From Hormiphora californensis (lineage: Eukaryota; Animalia; Ctenophora), in NCBI GenBank assembly GCA_020137815.1, contig CM035354.1, positions 434,001 to 498,000 on the forward strand: a DNA stretch of 64,000 nucleotides. The letters are read 5' to 3'. The notes beneath the pieces are model-generated. The model saw only the letters and a list, made by a program, of their open reading frames with translations. It did no database searches and was not told the origin of the DNA. Below, in pieces: positions 27,756 to 50,235 of this stretch. Numbering within the stretch: position 1 is the stretch's first letter; every line of letters starts with the position of its first letter. The translations under genes and the position numbers were made by a program.

Positions 27756-28779
27756 AGAATCATCTCCGATGTAGAACCCTATCAAAAATGGAAGAAGTGG
27801 GTTAGGGGGGCTAGTAGAACAAAAACAGTATTGGTTAGAGGGTTAGTGGATAAAGGGGCGTTGGGGTCCACAGTTGGCTGGAAGATGCCTGTTCCACTGG
27901 TAACCCTGAGCCGGAGAAGGCGGGGTAGGAACATAATAGTTGGCGTTGATACACTGTGGGCCGCCTAGCCAAGATGTTTTTGTATTTTGTATTTTCTGAT
28001 TTTTTTCCGTATTTCTGATACACAGCCACGCTCAGCCGCGGCCACACGGACCTGGAAATCGAACAGGGGGAAAAGGGGATGGGGAAAAAGGTACTCCGTG
28101 TGACCCCGTTGCCCGGGGGGAAAAAGATTTGGAGGGGGGGGAGGGGAACAAAACAAACACAAAAAAAAACCACCCTCTCTCTCTCTCTCTTTACTTTTTT
28201 CCCCTTCCCTCTCTCCCTTCGCGGGTCTTCATTCCTTCTCTCTTCCCCCCTTTTTCTCACGGGCACTGAACCAAATCACATCCCCCCGATATTGGTTTTT
28301 TCCTAAGCTGGTAATTTGGAAAAAGAGTGGGTGATAAGGGGGGTTTTGGGAAAAGGTGGGGGAATCCCAATTTGGGGAGCCCCACCTTTTATTTTAAAGC
28401 GATTTGGCAAATATAGCTATTTGGAAAAATTTGTAAATAATGAATTTTTTAGGCTATTTGAGCGTCTTTAGAACTTATCATAATATTGTTGTTAGGTGTG
28501 CCTGATTTTAATTTTCAGTTTCTGGTGGAAAGAATCATCACGTAGCAGTTAGCAATTACAAAAATGAAAAGTTCGAATTGGGCCTCTCAACAAGACATTA
28601 CTGCAATACTTTGATCTTTTTGTTTTTTGTATGACATTTTCTCCCACTTATGACGCTCCATATTTTTATTTTTTCCTTTCCCTCTTTATTCCCTATTTCC
28701 CAATTTTCTTTTTGGGTCTTTGGTGTGGTTCATTTTGTACACAATTGCAGAGAGGGAGGGGAGAGAAGGGGAAGGGAGA

Positions 28780-29487
28780 AAAAAACCCCCAAAAAAAAAG
28801 GGGGGGGGGTTGGGGGGGGAACCAAAAACTTTGGGGGAAATTTGGGGAAACCAAAGGGGTTGGGGGGGGTTTTTTTTTTTTTTTTTTTTTCCCCCCCCCC
28901 GGGGAAAAAAATTTGGGGAAAAAAAAAGGGGGGAAAAAAAAGGGGGGGTTTTTTTTTTTTTTTTTTTCCCCCTTTTTAAAAAAAAGGGGGGGGGGGTTTT
29001 GGGAAAAAAAAAAAAAAAGGGGGGGGGAAAAAAAACCCGGGGGGGGGGAAAAATTTAATTTTCCCCCCAAAACCCCCCCTTTTTTCCCCCCCTTTCCCCC
29101 CCCTTTTTTTCCCCCCCCCTCTCCCGGGAAAAAATTTTTTTCCCCTTTATTTTTTGGGTTTTTTTTTTTAAAAAATTTTTTGGGGGGGGGAAAAACCCCC
29201 CCCCCTTTTTTTTTTAAAAATTTTTTTTTGGGGGTTTGGGGTTTAAAAGGGGAAAAAATTTGGGGGGGGTTTTTGGGGGGAAAAAAAAGTTTTGGGGGGC
29301 CCCCTTTTTTTTTTTTTTGGGGAAAAAAATTTTTAAAATTTTAAAAAAAACCCCTTTAAAAATTTTTTTAAGGGAAATTTTTTTTTTTAAAAATTTTGTT
29401 GGGGTTTTTTAAAAAATTTTTTTTTAAAAAATTTTTTTTTTTTTTAAAAAAAAAAATTTTTTTTCCTTTAAAAGGGTTTCCCCCCCT

Positions 29488-29526
<39 letters not shown>

Positions 29527-30600
29527 CCCCCCCCCTTTAAAAAAAAGGGCCCTTTTTTTAAGGCCCCCTTCCCCCAAAACCCCCCTTAAACCCCCCCCCA
29601 AACCCCCCCCCTTTTTTAAAACCAAACCCCCACCCCCCGGGAAAAAAAACCCCCCCCCCCCCAAAAAAAAAGGGCCCCAATGGGGCCCCCCGGGGGGGCC
29701 CTGGGGCCCCCCCCGGGGGGGGGGAAAAAACCCCCCCCCGGGGGGGGGGGGGGAAGGGGGCCGAGAAGGGGCCCAAAAAGGGGGAGGGGGGGGGAGGGAA
29801 AAAAGGGGAAAAAAAAAAGGGGGGGGGGGCCCCCCCCCCGGGGGGGAAAAAAGGGGGGGGGGAAAAAAAAAAAGGGGGGGGGGGGAAAAAAGAAGAATTT
29901 AAGGGAAAAAGGGGAAAAGGGAGAGAGAAATTTTAAAAAAAGGGAAAGGGGGAGGGAAAAAGGCGGGAAAAGGGGGGAAAGGGGAAAAAGGGGAACCGAT
30001 TTGGGGGAAAAAAAAAAAAGGAAAAAAAAGGGAAAAAAATTTTAAAAACCCCAAAAAAAATTTTTTTTTCCGGTTTTTTTAAAAATTTTTTTTTGGGGTT
30101 TGGGAAATTTTTTTTTAAACCCCCCCCCAAAGGGAAAAGGCCCCCCCCAAAAATTTTTTGGGGCAAAACCCCCCTTTTTCCCTTTAAAAGGGGGGAAAAA
30201 AAAAATTTTTTTTTCCCCCTTTAAAACCCCCAAAATTTTTTGGGAAAAAAACCCCCCCTTTTTCCCCCCCCAAAAAATTTTTTTTTTCCCCCCCCCAAAA
30301 ACCCCCTTTTTTTCCCCCCCTTTTTTAACCCCCGGGAAAACCCCTTTTTTTTTTAAAATTTTTTCCCCAAAAAAAAACCCCTTTTTTGGGCCCCTTTGGG
30401 GGGAAAGGGGGGGTTTTTTTTGGGAAAAAAAAAAAAAAAAGGGCCCAAAAAAAAAAGGGGAAAAAAAAAAAGGGGGAAAAAAAAAAAAAACACAAAAAAA
30501 ACCCCCAAACCCCCCCCGGGGGAAAAAAAAGAAAAAAAAAATCCTTAAAAAAAAAATTTTTTTTTAAAAAACCCCCAAAAAAAAAAGGGGGGGGTTTTGA
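28780..30600. other. Low-quality consensus made of concatenated homopolymer runs
   Basis: Almost entirely A/C/G/T runs. Milder corruption at ~2700-5650, 21030-22130, 31250-31800, 33850-34000 and 34740-35130. Confidence 0.85.
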
Positions 30601-31073
30601 AGGAGAGAGAGAGAGAGAAGAAACGAGAGAGAAGAGAAGAGAGAGGGGGAAGGAGAGAGGAGAGAGAGAGGGAAGAGAGAGATAGGAGAGAGGGAGAGAG
30701 GGAGAGAGAGGGAAGGGGAAAAAGGGAGAGAGAGAGGGGAAAAAGTAGGGGAAAGAGAGATTTTCCATTTTTGGAGAACCAGATTTGGCGGAATTTCCCC
30801 CGCTCCCCAACCATTTAGTATGAGACCAAAATGGATCTTTGGGAAATTACAATACGCCCACTAATTTTTTTTTCCTTTTTTTTTTTTTGATTCACCCCTT
30901 TGTTTTTCCCCTGAAATTTTTAAGTTTTTTTTGGGACATTACAAAATCCAGACCCAAAGAAAGTATGCCCCAACAAGCCATGTTGAGTAAGAAAACAAGC
31001 CATTATCTAAAACTCCCCCAAAAAAAAAATTTGTTTCTGTTTTCATTCACTTCATAACTGATAATTTTCCCAG

Positions 31074-31175
31074 GACACGACCATGTCATCCTCCTCCTCT
31101 CTCGGCTCCCTTCGATCACGCCGTCACTCCACATCAAGCACCCACCTCCATCACCACCACGATATTCAATCAACG
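31074..31175 (+). CDS. Probable upstream/alternative PDE3 exon (DTTMSSSSSLGSLRSRRHSTSSTHLHHHHDIQST)
   Basis: ttcccag|GAC ... ACG|gtaatt, 102 nt, open, phase 0-0, so it is compatible with the exon at 40579. The RRHS PKA-type site lies where PDE3 proteins have RRxS upstream of EAHGL. Confidence 0.55.
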
Positions 31176-32142
31176 GTAATTAGATATTTTTAGTTACATT
31201 TGGATATAGTTTTACAATTTTGGTGCAGATAAGAAGAATGAACATTATTAATTTGGGGGGGGGGCCCTTTTTTGGGGGGAGGGGGGGGGGGGTCAGCCTT
31301 TTTTAGGGACCCCCCCCCCCCCTAAGGCACTAGTCACTGTTTCCCAACAGTGATCAGTGCCCCTTTAATTATAATGGGAAACGGAAAAAAGGCCAATTAT
31401 ATGTTATATGCCCCCATGTCAATTTTTTGTGTCTGTAAACAAGTTGAACAAAAACCGGCCCCCTTTTGGGTATAAAATAATTTACAAATCCTATTTGTAA
31501 AAAGGGGGGTTTGGGGCCGGGGAAAAAAAAGGGGAAAAAAAAAAAAAAAATTTTTTTTTTTTTCCCCCCCCCCGGGGGCCCCGGCCCCCCCAAAAAGGGG
31601 GGGGGGGCCCCCCCCCGGGGGGGGGAAAAACCCCCCCCCGGGGGGCCCCCCTCTTTCTCTCTTTTTTCTTTTCTCTCTTCTTCTCTCCCTCTTTCCCCCC
31701 TCCATTTTGCTTTTCCCCCTTTTGATTCCTCTCTCTCTCTCCCTCTCTCTCTTTTTGATCTCTACCCAAAAATCTCCCCCCCCCTTTTTTCAACCCGTTT
31801 TTAACCCCGGCTCAAAAGCGATCATTCGCCCACCCTGCTCAAAAAATACTAGCACTACCATAACGAGGTTTAAAAAAAAGTTTAAAATTTATCTGTGCCA
31901 AGTCTAGACCCGTCCCAAATTTTCTAACCCACATCGCGTAGGGGTGTGAATTTCAGCACAGCTGAGGCGCTATCAGATAGTTGTACTACTACTGCAGCTG
32001 TTACTTGGTTCAGGTAGCAGTATAGACCTACTGGTATAACACTACAAAACATGATACATAATGAAAAATCTTTTCAACTCAAATCTTCTCGTATTTTCTA
32101 TAGATTTCACTCTGGCTCACATTTCCTTATGGCAGCGGATTA

Positions 32143-32361
32143 CGGGGGCCCGGATGAGACGCCCGTACCAATCGCCCGTACCAGTCGCCCGTACATTTGC
32201 TTTGCGCATTACGTTTCACCACACTTTCACCACAACAAAACACATGTGCGTAACGCGCATGTACCTTTTTGTGGTGAAAGTGCGATGAAACGTAATGCGC
32301 AAAGCAAATGTACGGGCGACTGGTACGGGCGATCTATACGGGCGATCTATTCGAGCCCCCG
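32143..32361. mobile_element. 219-bp palindromic MITE with TA TSD
   Basis: TA|CGGGGGC ... GCCCCCG|TA; three CGCCCGTA subterminal repeats on each arm. Confidence 0.82.
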
Positions 32362-35300
32362 TAATCCCCCGTGTATCTCTCATTTACAAGTTACAGATGC
32401 ATCACCCCATCATATGTTTTCTATGTTTATCTATTTTCTAATTCGTAAACTTTCATTTGGTCTGAACTGTATGGATCACAAAACGTTAGATCCTTAATAT
32501 ATATAATAGTTAGACTAGCCGCGTGCCGCGAATTAGCCTCAGTACTGTCCGTTCAACTAAAGGAGCTCCATATACTAGTGAGTTCTCGGAAAGATTTATA
32601 TCTGGCCTAGAGAGTAATGCCTGGAATTATATCTGGCCTAAAGAGTAATGCCTGGAATAGGCTACCTACCTAGAGTAATGCTCTGAATAGCAATTCTGAC
32701 AATTGCTCTTATAGCAGCTTTGATCTCTCTCGTCTCGAGTTGGGGCCTAACAAGCCCAACTGTTGGGCTTGTTAGGCAAACTCAACCGTCACCACTAGTT
32801 CCCTGCAGTACAGAGAGAACTTTTTAAAAAATGGAGTTAATTATTATTCAGGCTGCATGCTACCAATTTAAACATATATTTGCCTAAAATAGTTTTTAAG
32901 TAAAAACTTTTTTTTACTCGAGTCTATTTTATTCCCTTACTTTATTACTCTATCTTTATTACTCTATCTTTATCGAGCACGTTACTCCATGGAAGGGTGG
33001 GGGTCTCTCCTGCACTCTCCCCTCGCATCTAATGGAATGAAGAAAAAAACACTTTAAAGTTGAAGAAGAAAAGGAAAAACCTGTGGGTCTGGCCCAAGAA
33101 ATTGTTTTTGCTTTTCAATGACGTATTTGTTGGTAACGTAAAATTTTAATCAGTGGTATTTTCCCTTTTAAAAAGTTCCCCCCCATAATTTTTGTTAGCA
33201 GTTTGTTTGGAAATGATATACATGTGCACTTTTTGAGTTTGAAATTTTTTGCAGTTGAAAATTTTTGAACGTAAAGGGGTGCAAAAAAAATTTTTTTTGG
33301 GTTTGATAGCCCATTAAATTTTATGAACGTTCTAACCATTTAACCGCTTTAAAAATAGAACGAGCTTGGATTATAGTTCGGCCGTATAACTCGCCTTGGG
33401 TTATTTTGGGCTCCATAAACTAACTAAATATGTCAATCAAGTAGTCACAAATGACACTCCGGCCCCCCGCTAAAGATTTTGGGCGAGTTTTTGGGTCGAC
33501 TTTTTAACCCTACAGTGGCTCATTCGGAAGTAAATCTAACAGGTCCATGGAACTAGACTCTTTTCCTCAGGTCAGTGGCAAATGGTTTAAACACTATATA
33601 ATACTACAGTCAGCCCTTATTAATATAGTTAAGACTTTTTCATAGGGGGATGTACATCATAGTCCACTAACCCTGTTTTGGGTAAAAATTTGAAGTGAGT
33701 AAATCACCAATGAAAATAATGTGTCACAATCAATATAAGCTTGTCATGTCAATGTAAGGGTAAAACAAAAAGATGGAGCAAAATAAAGCGAGAAAGAGAG
33801 TCTAAATGGCCGGGGGCCCTTTTAGACATCTCTTTTCCCTTAATTTCTTTACTAGGGAAAAAATTTTGGGGGGGAAAACAAAGGGGTTTTGATCCCCTCC
33901 CCCCCCTAAAAAACGGGGGCCCCTTTTTTTTCCAAAAACCCCCCCCCCCCTCCTTTTTTTCTTTTCCCCGGGCTTTAATTTAAACGAAGGGAAAATTTAA
34001 AAACGATTTTTTGTAAAATGAGAAATTTAATAAAAACGTTTTTGACTATTTCATAACGTTATTGAATTTATTGATCGGTCTTCTATTTCTATTTGTACAA
34101 TTATTACTTCTCCCATTCTTACGAATCTAGATTTGTTTAGTTGCTTTATAATGTAGATCTAGTGAGTAGAGTAGTAGTAGAGTTGTGGTTAGATAATCGC
34201 TGGCAGTAGCCAGGCATGTCCAGAATCTAAGAAGACGAAAACAGAACACTTTCGACCTCTATTATATCGATCATTTTAGATTTCGCGTAGATGAGAATTA
34301 GTAAAATACAACTTTTTGTGCAATTTTCTAGCATCAGTTGTCAAGATTATTGTGCCCTCGAGAAAGCTTCTTTGTACCTATAATATCTCCCCCGATTTTG
34401 TTATCTGCTGGATATTGACAGGGAGTAACACGTGGGGTCACGTGTCCTCATTTGACGGGGTCAGTAGCTCTACAACAGAGAGAGAATATATTGGAGCTAG
34501 ATCTGGAATAGACTTGATCCCGTGTTGGGGTCAGTCATTATTTGTAGAGTAACGTCTCTTACTCAACAGGTCATTATATATACGTTTCCCAAACTCTGTA
34601 TCGCGTTGTTACAGAGTCTCCACTCTCCAGAGTCTGGAGTCTGGAGTCCAGACTCTATATCATCGTGGGGGCCTGGAATCCAGTTCCCCGTAAATGCTTT
34701 TATATTTGATTCAATTTGGACTGATCTGACTTTTAAGGGGAAAAGAAAAGGGGCTTTTTTGGTGAAAAGTGTTTTTAGTTTTTTAAAGGCCCCCTTATGC
34801 AAACATAAGAAACAATTTCTGTCTTTGCCCAAGTAAAAATGCCCTTTTTCCAACCCCCCCTCTTTTGAGAACATAACAAGCTTTCCAGCCCACCCGAGCG
34901 GGCCCCCCCGCCGAACCCGGGAAAGCCGGCAGGGGCCGGGGCCCCCGCGATGGTTTTTAGCAACAAAGGCCCTTTGCGTATCAAACTCAGTCAAGGGTGC
35001 TGGGCCCCCTTTTAGCACAATCCCTGCTCATTAGGGGTTAGAAGGACCCTTCTAGCAAAGTTAAACCCCCACCCGGCCCCCCCCTCAATAGGGGGCCCCT
35101 TTTCCCTCACAATAATTGCTTTCCCCCCCATAAAATTTGTGACATGTGACGTTTTGGGTGGGCACCCTCCCCTGGACCCAGGCACACAATGTGTGCTTGC
35201 CATCTCACACTGTTTATTATTATCAAGCACAGTGGGGCCTTCGATAGAAATTTAGACGTCCAAATGCATCGATAATGTAGCAGTATTATATCGACAATAC

Positions 35301-36574
35301 GTGCCCAAAAATCCAAAATTGATTTTAAGAGCGGATTTTTTCGACGGATAATATAAATCTGAGAGAGGGGGTATGTGATATAACGTCTGTAACCTAGACT
35401 TAGTTATCTGGGGCTAGACTAATATAGTACAATACAATTTTCAACCAAGTTCGGTAGCTTCGATTTTAGTCGAAAGGTTTGAGTGAATGTTGAATAAATT
35501 TGCCTCAGTAATGTGGCCTTTGTTTACTCCTTTTAGTTTTGCGAGAGTGTGAGCTGTCTGTGACAATTGTATATAATTATTTTTTGATTTTTCCTTGTAT
35601 TTTTTGAGTTTAGTTGTAAGCGATGGGTTTTAAAAGGAATTTAAAAATTTAATGTGCGGGGAGAGAGTGAGAGATTCATCAAGATATAAAGTGTGGGTGA
35701 AGGGGGGAGGAGTCATTAAAATAGAAAATTTTAGGGGGAGATTAATAAAAAGTGGGGCGAGGAGAAGGAGAGAGAGATAAAGAGAGGGGTTTTAGAGAGG
35801 CGGGAGAGGGAGGGGAGAGGATGGATAAATGTTATGAGTCAAATTTCTGATTGCTAATCTCCATTGTTGTTCCTTCTCCTCATACATAGCAAACATATTA
35901 TTTTATGCAAACATTGTGACAATAATTGCGGAATCTTGGCAACATATTTTTTAAAACTCTAATTGGGCCCCCCTTTTTGTTCCCGGATTACAAGCTACTA
36001 CGTATCTCTGGAGTTCAAATAGTATTTAGTAAGTTAACGTTTTAACAAAAAACGGAAAAAAAACCAACAAACCCCTTTTTATCTAGCATGAGAAAGGAGA
36101 TGATGAAGTGAGAGAGTATACATCTTGCATGTTTACACCGTACTGCTAAAGCAATGCAGCATCTGTGATGGATCTTGATTTAGTTAGACTTGCGTAGTCA
36201 TGTACATTGGTTGTGCCTCATGAATGATCTACCGAACCGGCCTCATACACATGTGCCTAAGCTGGTTGCGCTCATTGTTGTAGCCCAAAATTTAGATACA
36301 CGGTTGTGTGAACAGATTTGTTGCATTTTCTAACTTAAAAACCCCTCATTTTAGATTTTGTGTGAAGAAGAGAGAAAGGTTGCAAAAGAAGCAATCTTAT
36401 TTTGAGCTATAAGATACTCTCTAGCATCTAGTAAGAACACTAGAGGATGAGAGACTCTCCCGAGGTACAAGTGTGCTAATCGGGTTAGTGGTGTCCCAAA
36501 CAACGTACGATTGAGATTATCGAAAAACACATGTTTCAGCCGTTAGAGTAGAGCAGTTATATGACCAATAGCTA

Positions 36575-36715
36575 CCCTACTAAAATATAGTTCGACGAGA
36601 CGCGACGCGCGATCGATGAACGATCGATAAACGATCGATATCGATCGTTTATCGATCGTTTATCGATCGTTCATCGATCGCGCGTCGCGTCGCGTCGAAC
36701 TATATTTTAGTAGGG
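36575..36715. mobile_element. 141-bp near-perfect CpG-rich palindrome (MITE, TA TSD)
   Basis: TA|CCCTACTAAAATATAGTTCGACG ... CGTCGAACTATATTTTAGTAGGG|TA; internal CGATCGAT repeats. Confidence 0.85.
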
Positions 36716-37839
36716 TACTGCAGATTCACGTCTCTCTAAATTAGGCTATGATAGTACAGACGTTACATCCAAAAACTTGGCAGTAGAGCATTTTATTTCT
36801 GTCTTTTGATGTCGTCATTAAATGTAATTGCTTTTGTAAATAGTATTTTGCTATCTTTTCTATCTTTCTATCTCTCTCTCCGCTGTAGCTCAATAAATTT
36901 CTTAGTTTTTTATAGAGAACTCTGTGCTCATTTACTGTATGTTTCCCTCACTGTATTTCCATTCGTAATTATTGATCGCGATCTCTATTTTCTTTAGAAT
37001 TGGATGATCGAACTGGCAAATGTAAATAATATAATTGATGAAATGATTGACGGTTATAATATTTGTATAACTCCCGTACTAAGTTGGCTCATGTGTATTG
37101 GCTGAAAGTGAGACACTTAGCGTGCAATAAATTAGGGGCTCATTTGGTGTGGTTACGATTATTATTGAGCGCTCCACACAGAGATGTTAACATTTCGAAA
37201 TATATTACTCGCAACCATCCACGCAACCAGCTAGTTTGGAGAGCTTGTGCAACCAGTCTGTCTCACATCACGCAATGAATTGAGTTCATATTCAGTCACC
37301 ATTTTACTAATCCACATTCGTTTCAAGTCTCACCCTTAATTGATGTCGTAACACGGTGATATATATTGAATTATTTGTGTACGCGTTATCGACACTATTG
37401 AGACTCACTCCACTCAGTGCATTATACAGGCCTGATGCCACCAATAGCTCAGAGGAATTATATAATTCTCTCATAATATAACCGTTTACTGTTATAGTTG
37501 GACTGTTTAAGTAATTACAATATCATAAATATAATAACGCTTTGTCTTTATCAGATCTGGTTTGGACGAGGTGCAACTCAGTTGTGTAGTTTCGGTTTAC
37601 TCTGGCTATACTATCATTATGTACAACTGAGGCAGGCTTATATACCTTTGATCTCGCCGTGGTTTACCTCTTAATTTTTAGTTCTATAAAGTTTTTAATA
37701 GTCTGATATTTCATGAGATTAGTTCAGACATAAGTATTTCTCTCTCTCTCTCTCTCTCTCTATCAAATCTCTCTATCTTATCTCTCTCGTCTCTCTCTCT
37801 CTCTCTCTCTCTCGTCTCTCTCTCTCTCTTCCTCTCTTG

Positions 37840-37875
<36 letters not shown>

Positions 37876-37898
37876 AATCTCTCTCTCTCAATCTCTCT

Positions 37899-37963
<65 letters not shown>

Positions 37964-39163
37964 GCAGTTCGTCCAGTGTTGACACCCATTACATCTCACT
38001 CTCAATTCACACTGTACTATATAGCATGTAATTGTACGCGGCATGTGTGTTTTACTATATTAATCGAAAGCGCTGAGCTGAGCTGTTATTTTATAGGAGA
38101 GCTAAGTCATGACTAATATAGAGCTCCCTGTCACCACGAGCTACTATTATAATGAGTGCACTCTACTCAATATTATCACATGTGTTTTAATTTGATCTAT
38201 ATAGAGCTGTTATATATCTACTCATCTAGCACCAGACACCTTTTAGAATTGCTACTACCATGATATCTCTTCACAGCTCTATATCGCACGATGAGCATCA
38301 CGTTATCATGATATTTGGCAGGTAGGGGTGGACATATCTGATGCAGTGCAGTACGTCAATGAGAGGCCTCGTTATTGGGCAATTTAAAGTGTCACTTCAC
38401 CTTATTGCCTTTTTTTCTCTCATTACACGATATGTCGACAGAACTTGCAGCAGTGAGGTAGAATGACTCATACCCCCCCCCCTCATGGTAATAGCTCACT
38501 GCTTTCCTTGTACACTGCGGCCGGGGCAATTTATATCGTACTTCAATTATTCCTAGTAGTATATCCAAAGTTCATTTTGATTGACGTCGGGGGTAATGAG
38601 TAAGATCTGCTGACGGCCGTGAGAGTGAGATAGATATGGCAAAGAGGAGAAGGGCTATCAATATTATAGGCTATCAATTAACTTGTACGCACACATGTGA
38701 CACGTCATTATCCCATATAATTGCTCGAGTCTGCCCTAACTTGTTTCCTCTCTCTCACACACACACACGAAACACTTGTATTGTTGTCTTTTTTAATGAA
38801 GGAGCAAGTAGATGGAATTCCAATCAAACAGTAATTTAGGGTGTCCTTGCTCTTTAATGGGTTTGCTATTCTTGAGATTTGATATCAACAGTACCCCTTC
38901 TATAACGCTGCTGCTGCAGCTCTCCCCAAAGCTTCCCAGTCCCTCTCTATTTCTCAGTTTGGGGGTCCATTTTAATTAATCTATTCTCTGCCGGGCCTCC
39001 CGTTGAGAGAGGGACGGAGAGAGAGAGGGAGAGATTAGAGGAGCAATAGTTATAGAGAGGAGGGGTGTGAAAGAAGCAGTTGTTTATATGATGTTTCAGA
39101 TAATTTAATGAGCCGCTGCATCCTCAATATTCTTGAACCTCCCAACCGGTAATTAATCACCGG

Positions 39164-39237
<74 letters not shown>

Positions 39238-39644
39238 TATCTCTCTCTCTATCTCTCCCTCCCTCTCTCTAACAAACACACTCCCTACTCGATTGAATGT
39301 GGATATCGATTCCAGGGGCCAGGGCGTGCTCTGTAATAATTCCCTCGTCTCTTCGCATGGTCCGTTTATATTATATACCGTGTATAACTGCACGTCCAAT
39401 CATTACAATTACCTTGGCCGTGTGGTACTTGAATCTGCTTGTTATCTAGAGCTCTTTGTATGATATCAGATGTAAGCTTAGTACTTGTGAACACTGAACT
39501 ATGATTTGCTAATTTAAAACCGCTAGCAATATGGTTGTATGTCCCCTCCCACGGGTGATTCACCCCGGGTGACCAGATCTCAACACAGTGTGACACACGT
39601 GGGAACACGTACAATACATTACACGTGTGGTTGGGTAATGAAGA

Positions 39645-48327
<8,683 letters not shown>

Positions 48328-48685
48328 AGGAATGGACCTCGACCCGATCTAAATGATATATCTCAATGTATATACAACGAACGGAATGATGATAATAATT
48401 GCAATCCGAGTTATGGGGATGATAAAAGTGAATGATACAGTATATATTCAGATGTGTGCACATACTAAAAGACAATGTAATTATATTGAAAATTAATAAC
48501 TGGAGCTCTAATCCATACAGATATAAAGTATAAATTGCGCCCGGCCCCGATATATAATTGTTATGATAGAGATCTGTACATTAGTTTTAGTGTTAATGTT
48601 GTTTTTACAATGAACAAGGAGAGAGATATTGTAGTGATATATTGAAATAGATTTGTCTCAGTTGTTATATAGGTAGTCTGTCTAT

Positions 48686-48794
48686 CAGGAACCGACCGAA
48701 TCAGGAAATACTGGTCCCTGATTGGCTCATAACCAGTCACGTGACCTAAATAACGAGTTCTGATTGGTTGTTTACTTGTTTCGGTCGGTTCCTG
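48686..48794. mobile_element. 109-bp hAT-like MITE
   Basis: TIR CAGGAACCGACCGAA / TTCGGTCGGTTCCTG; perfect 8-bp TSD CTGTCTAT. Confidence 0.9.
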
Positions 48795-49809
48795 CTGTCT
48801 ATGGTAGAAGTATGTTGTATAGTCGAAAAGTTCTATTATGTATCACGTGATAACCCTCAATCCGCCTTGTTAAACGAGGCCTTGAAACTGACAACAGACC
48901 CTGTGAAGCGGCACTGACCAAATGTAGTCAGTGATCGAGAGATAGTGAAAGTGAAAGTAAAAGAGCTAGAGAAAGAAAGTGAAAGTAAAAGAGATGGAGA
49001 GAAAAGTTTACTTGATTGTTCAAGCTGTTTTTATAAATTCTTCTAATAATTAATTTATGGAGTTTATCAAATTCCACCTGTACAACCTGTAGAGAGAGAC
49101 AATGCATTCCAGATATATCTGGCGCAAATAAATCCGCAGTTTTGATTTTGTTTCAATTAAACCCCAAACTAAAAAGCACCCGGTCTGTCCCGGTCCAATG
49201 ACTCCTACCCTGTGCTGCCGGTGCCATGCCAGACCCCATCAAATCGGGGTCTGCACTGGCGTCGCCAGACAGGTGCTGCCAGTGCCTAGCACCAGCACTG
49301 CTAGTTCTAGGCACTGGCAGCACCTACTAGCAGTTATAGCGGTGCCAATTGGCAAACCACGGTGTGATATTGATTCTCGACAGTGCGTTCAGATCGGTCG
49401 GTGCTGCTAGACACTGATAGTGACAGTGCGTGTACAGTGTACACACACCCTACTGTACACACACCAAGAAACCACGGATAGGATAGGAGTTTTGACCAAC
49501 GCCCAAAAAATATCACGCGCAAAAAGATTACGCGCAAAAAAATAGTTGCGCGGCTTCTAAACTCACATGATGCGCGCGAAATTTACACGGTTAAAAAATC
49601 CTGCGCTGACAAGGGTCAGGCCAAACTTTAAAATCTCGATTTGCCTTCGGGACGGGTCGAGGCGGGCTGGCGGGCTGCTCGTTAGGTCAGCAGAGTTACC
49701 AAGGCCAGTACAGCGTTAAAATCTGGGTGTTTGGAGTTTCAGAACTCACGGTTTTTAGGGTTTAGGGCTAAAGAAGGATTAGGATTTAGGTTAGGCCTTG
49801 ACATTCCCT

Positions 49810-50235
49810 ATAAGGAACCATAATAAAGTTCAAGAGCCTCCAAGAGCGCACCCCATCCAAGAGAGACCAAAATCAAGAGCGCACCACAATCAAGAGAGAC
49901 CAAAATCAAGAGCACACCACAATCAAGAGAGACCAAAATCAAGAGCACACCACAATCAAGAGATACCAAATCAAGAGCACACCACAATCAAGAGAGCTCC
50001 CCATCCAGAAGATACCAGATGTGGTGCGCTCTTGAATTTGGTCTCTCTTGATTGTGGTGCGCTCTTGATTTGGTCTCTCTTGATTGTGGTGTGCTCTTGA
50101 TTTTGGTCTCTCTTGATTGTGGTGTGCTCTTGATTTTGGTCTCTCTTGATTGTGGTGCAGGTGCGCTCTTGATTTTGGTCTCTCTTGGATGGGGTGCGCT
50201 CTTGGAGGCTCTTGAAGTTTATTATGGTTCCTTAT
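49810..50235. mobile_element. ~425-bp foldback element with arms built of ~30-bp tandem subrepeats
   Basis: ATAAGGAACCATAATAAA ... TTTATTATGGTTCCTTAT; unit CACCACAATCAAGAGAGACCAAAATCAAGAG on the left, reverse-complemented on the right. Confidence 0.85.

Noticed and set aside
27027-27785. 252-aa LERGQLSL repeat ORF on -
   Set aside because: Several minus-strand frames are open because the minisatellite lacks stops, and 23-bp units scramble the frame.
28631-30818. Long G/K/F/P-rich ORFs and apparent G-quadruplex field
   Set aside because: Translations of homopolymer-corrupted consensus; not trustworthy sequence.
39100-39148. Possible 49-nt exon (NLMSRCILNILEPPN)
   Set aside because: Its only open frame is phase 1 to 2, incompatible with the neighbouring phase-0 PDE3 exons; no other support.
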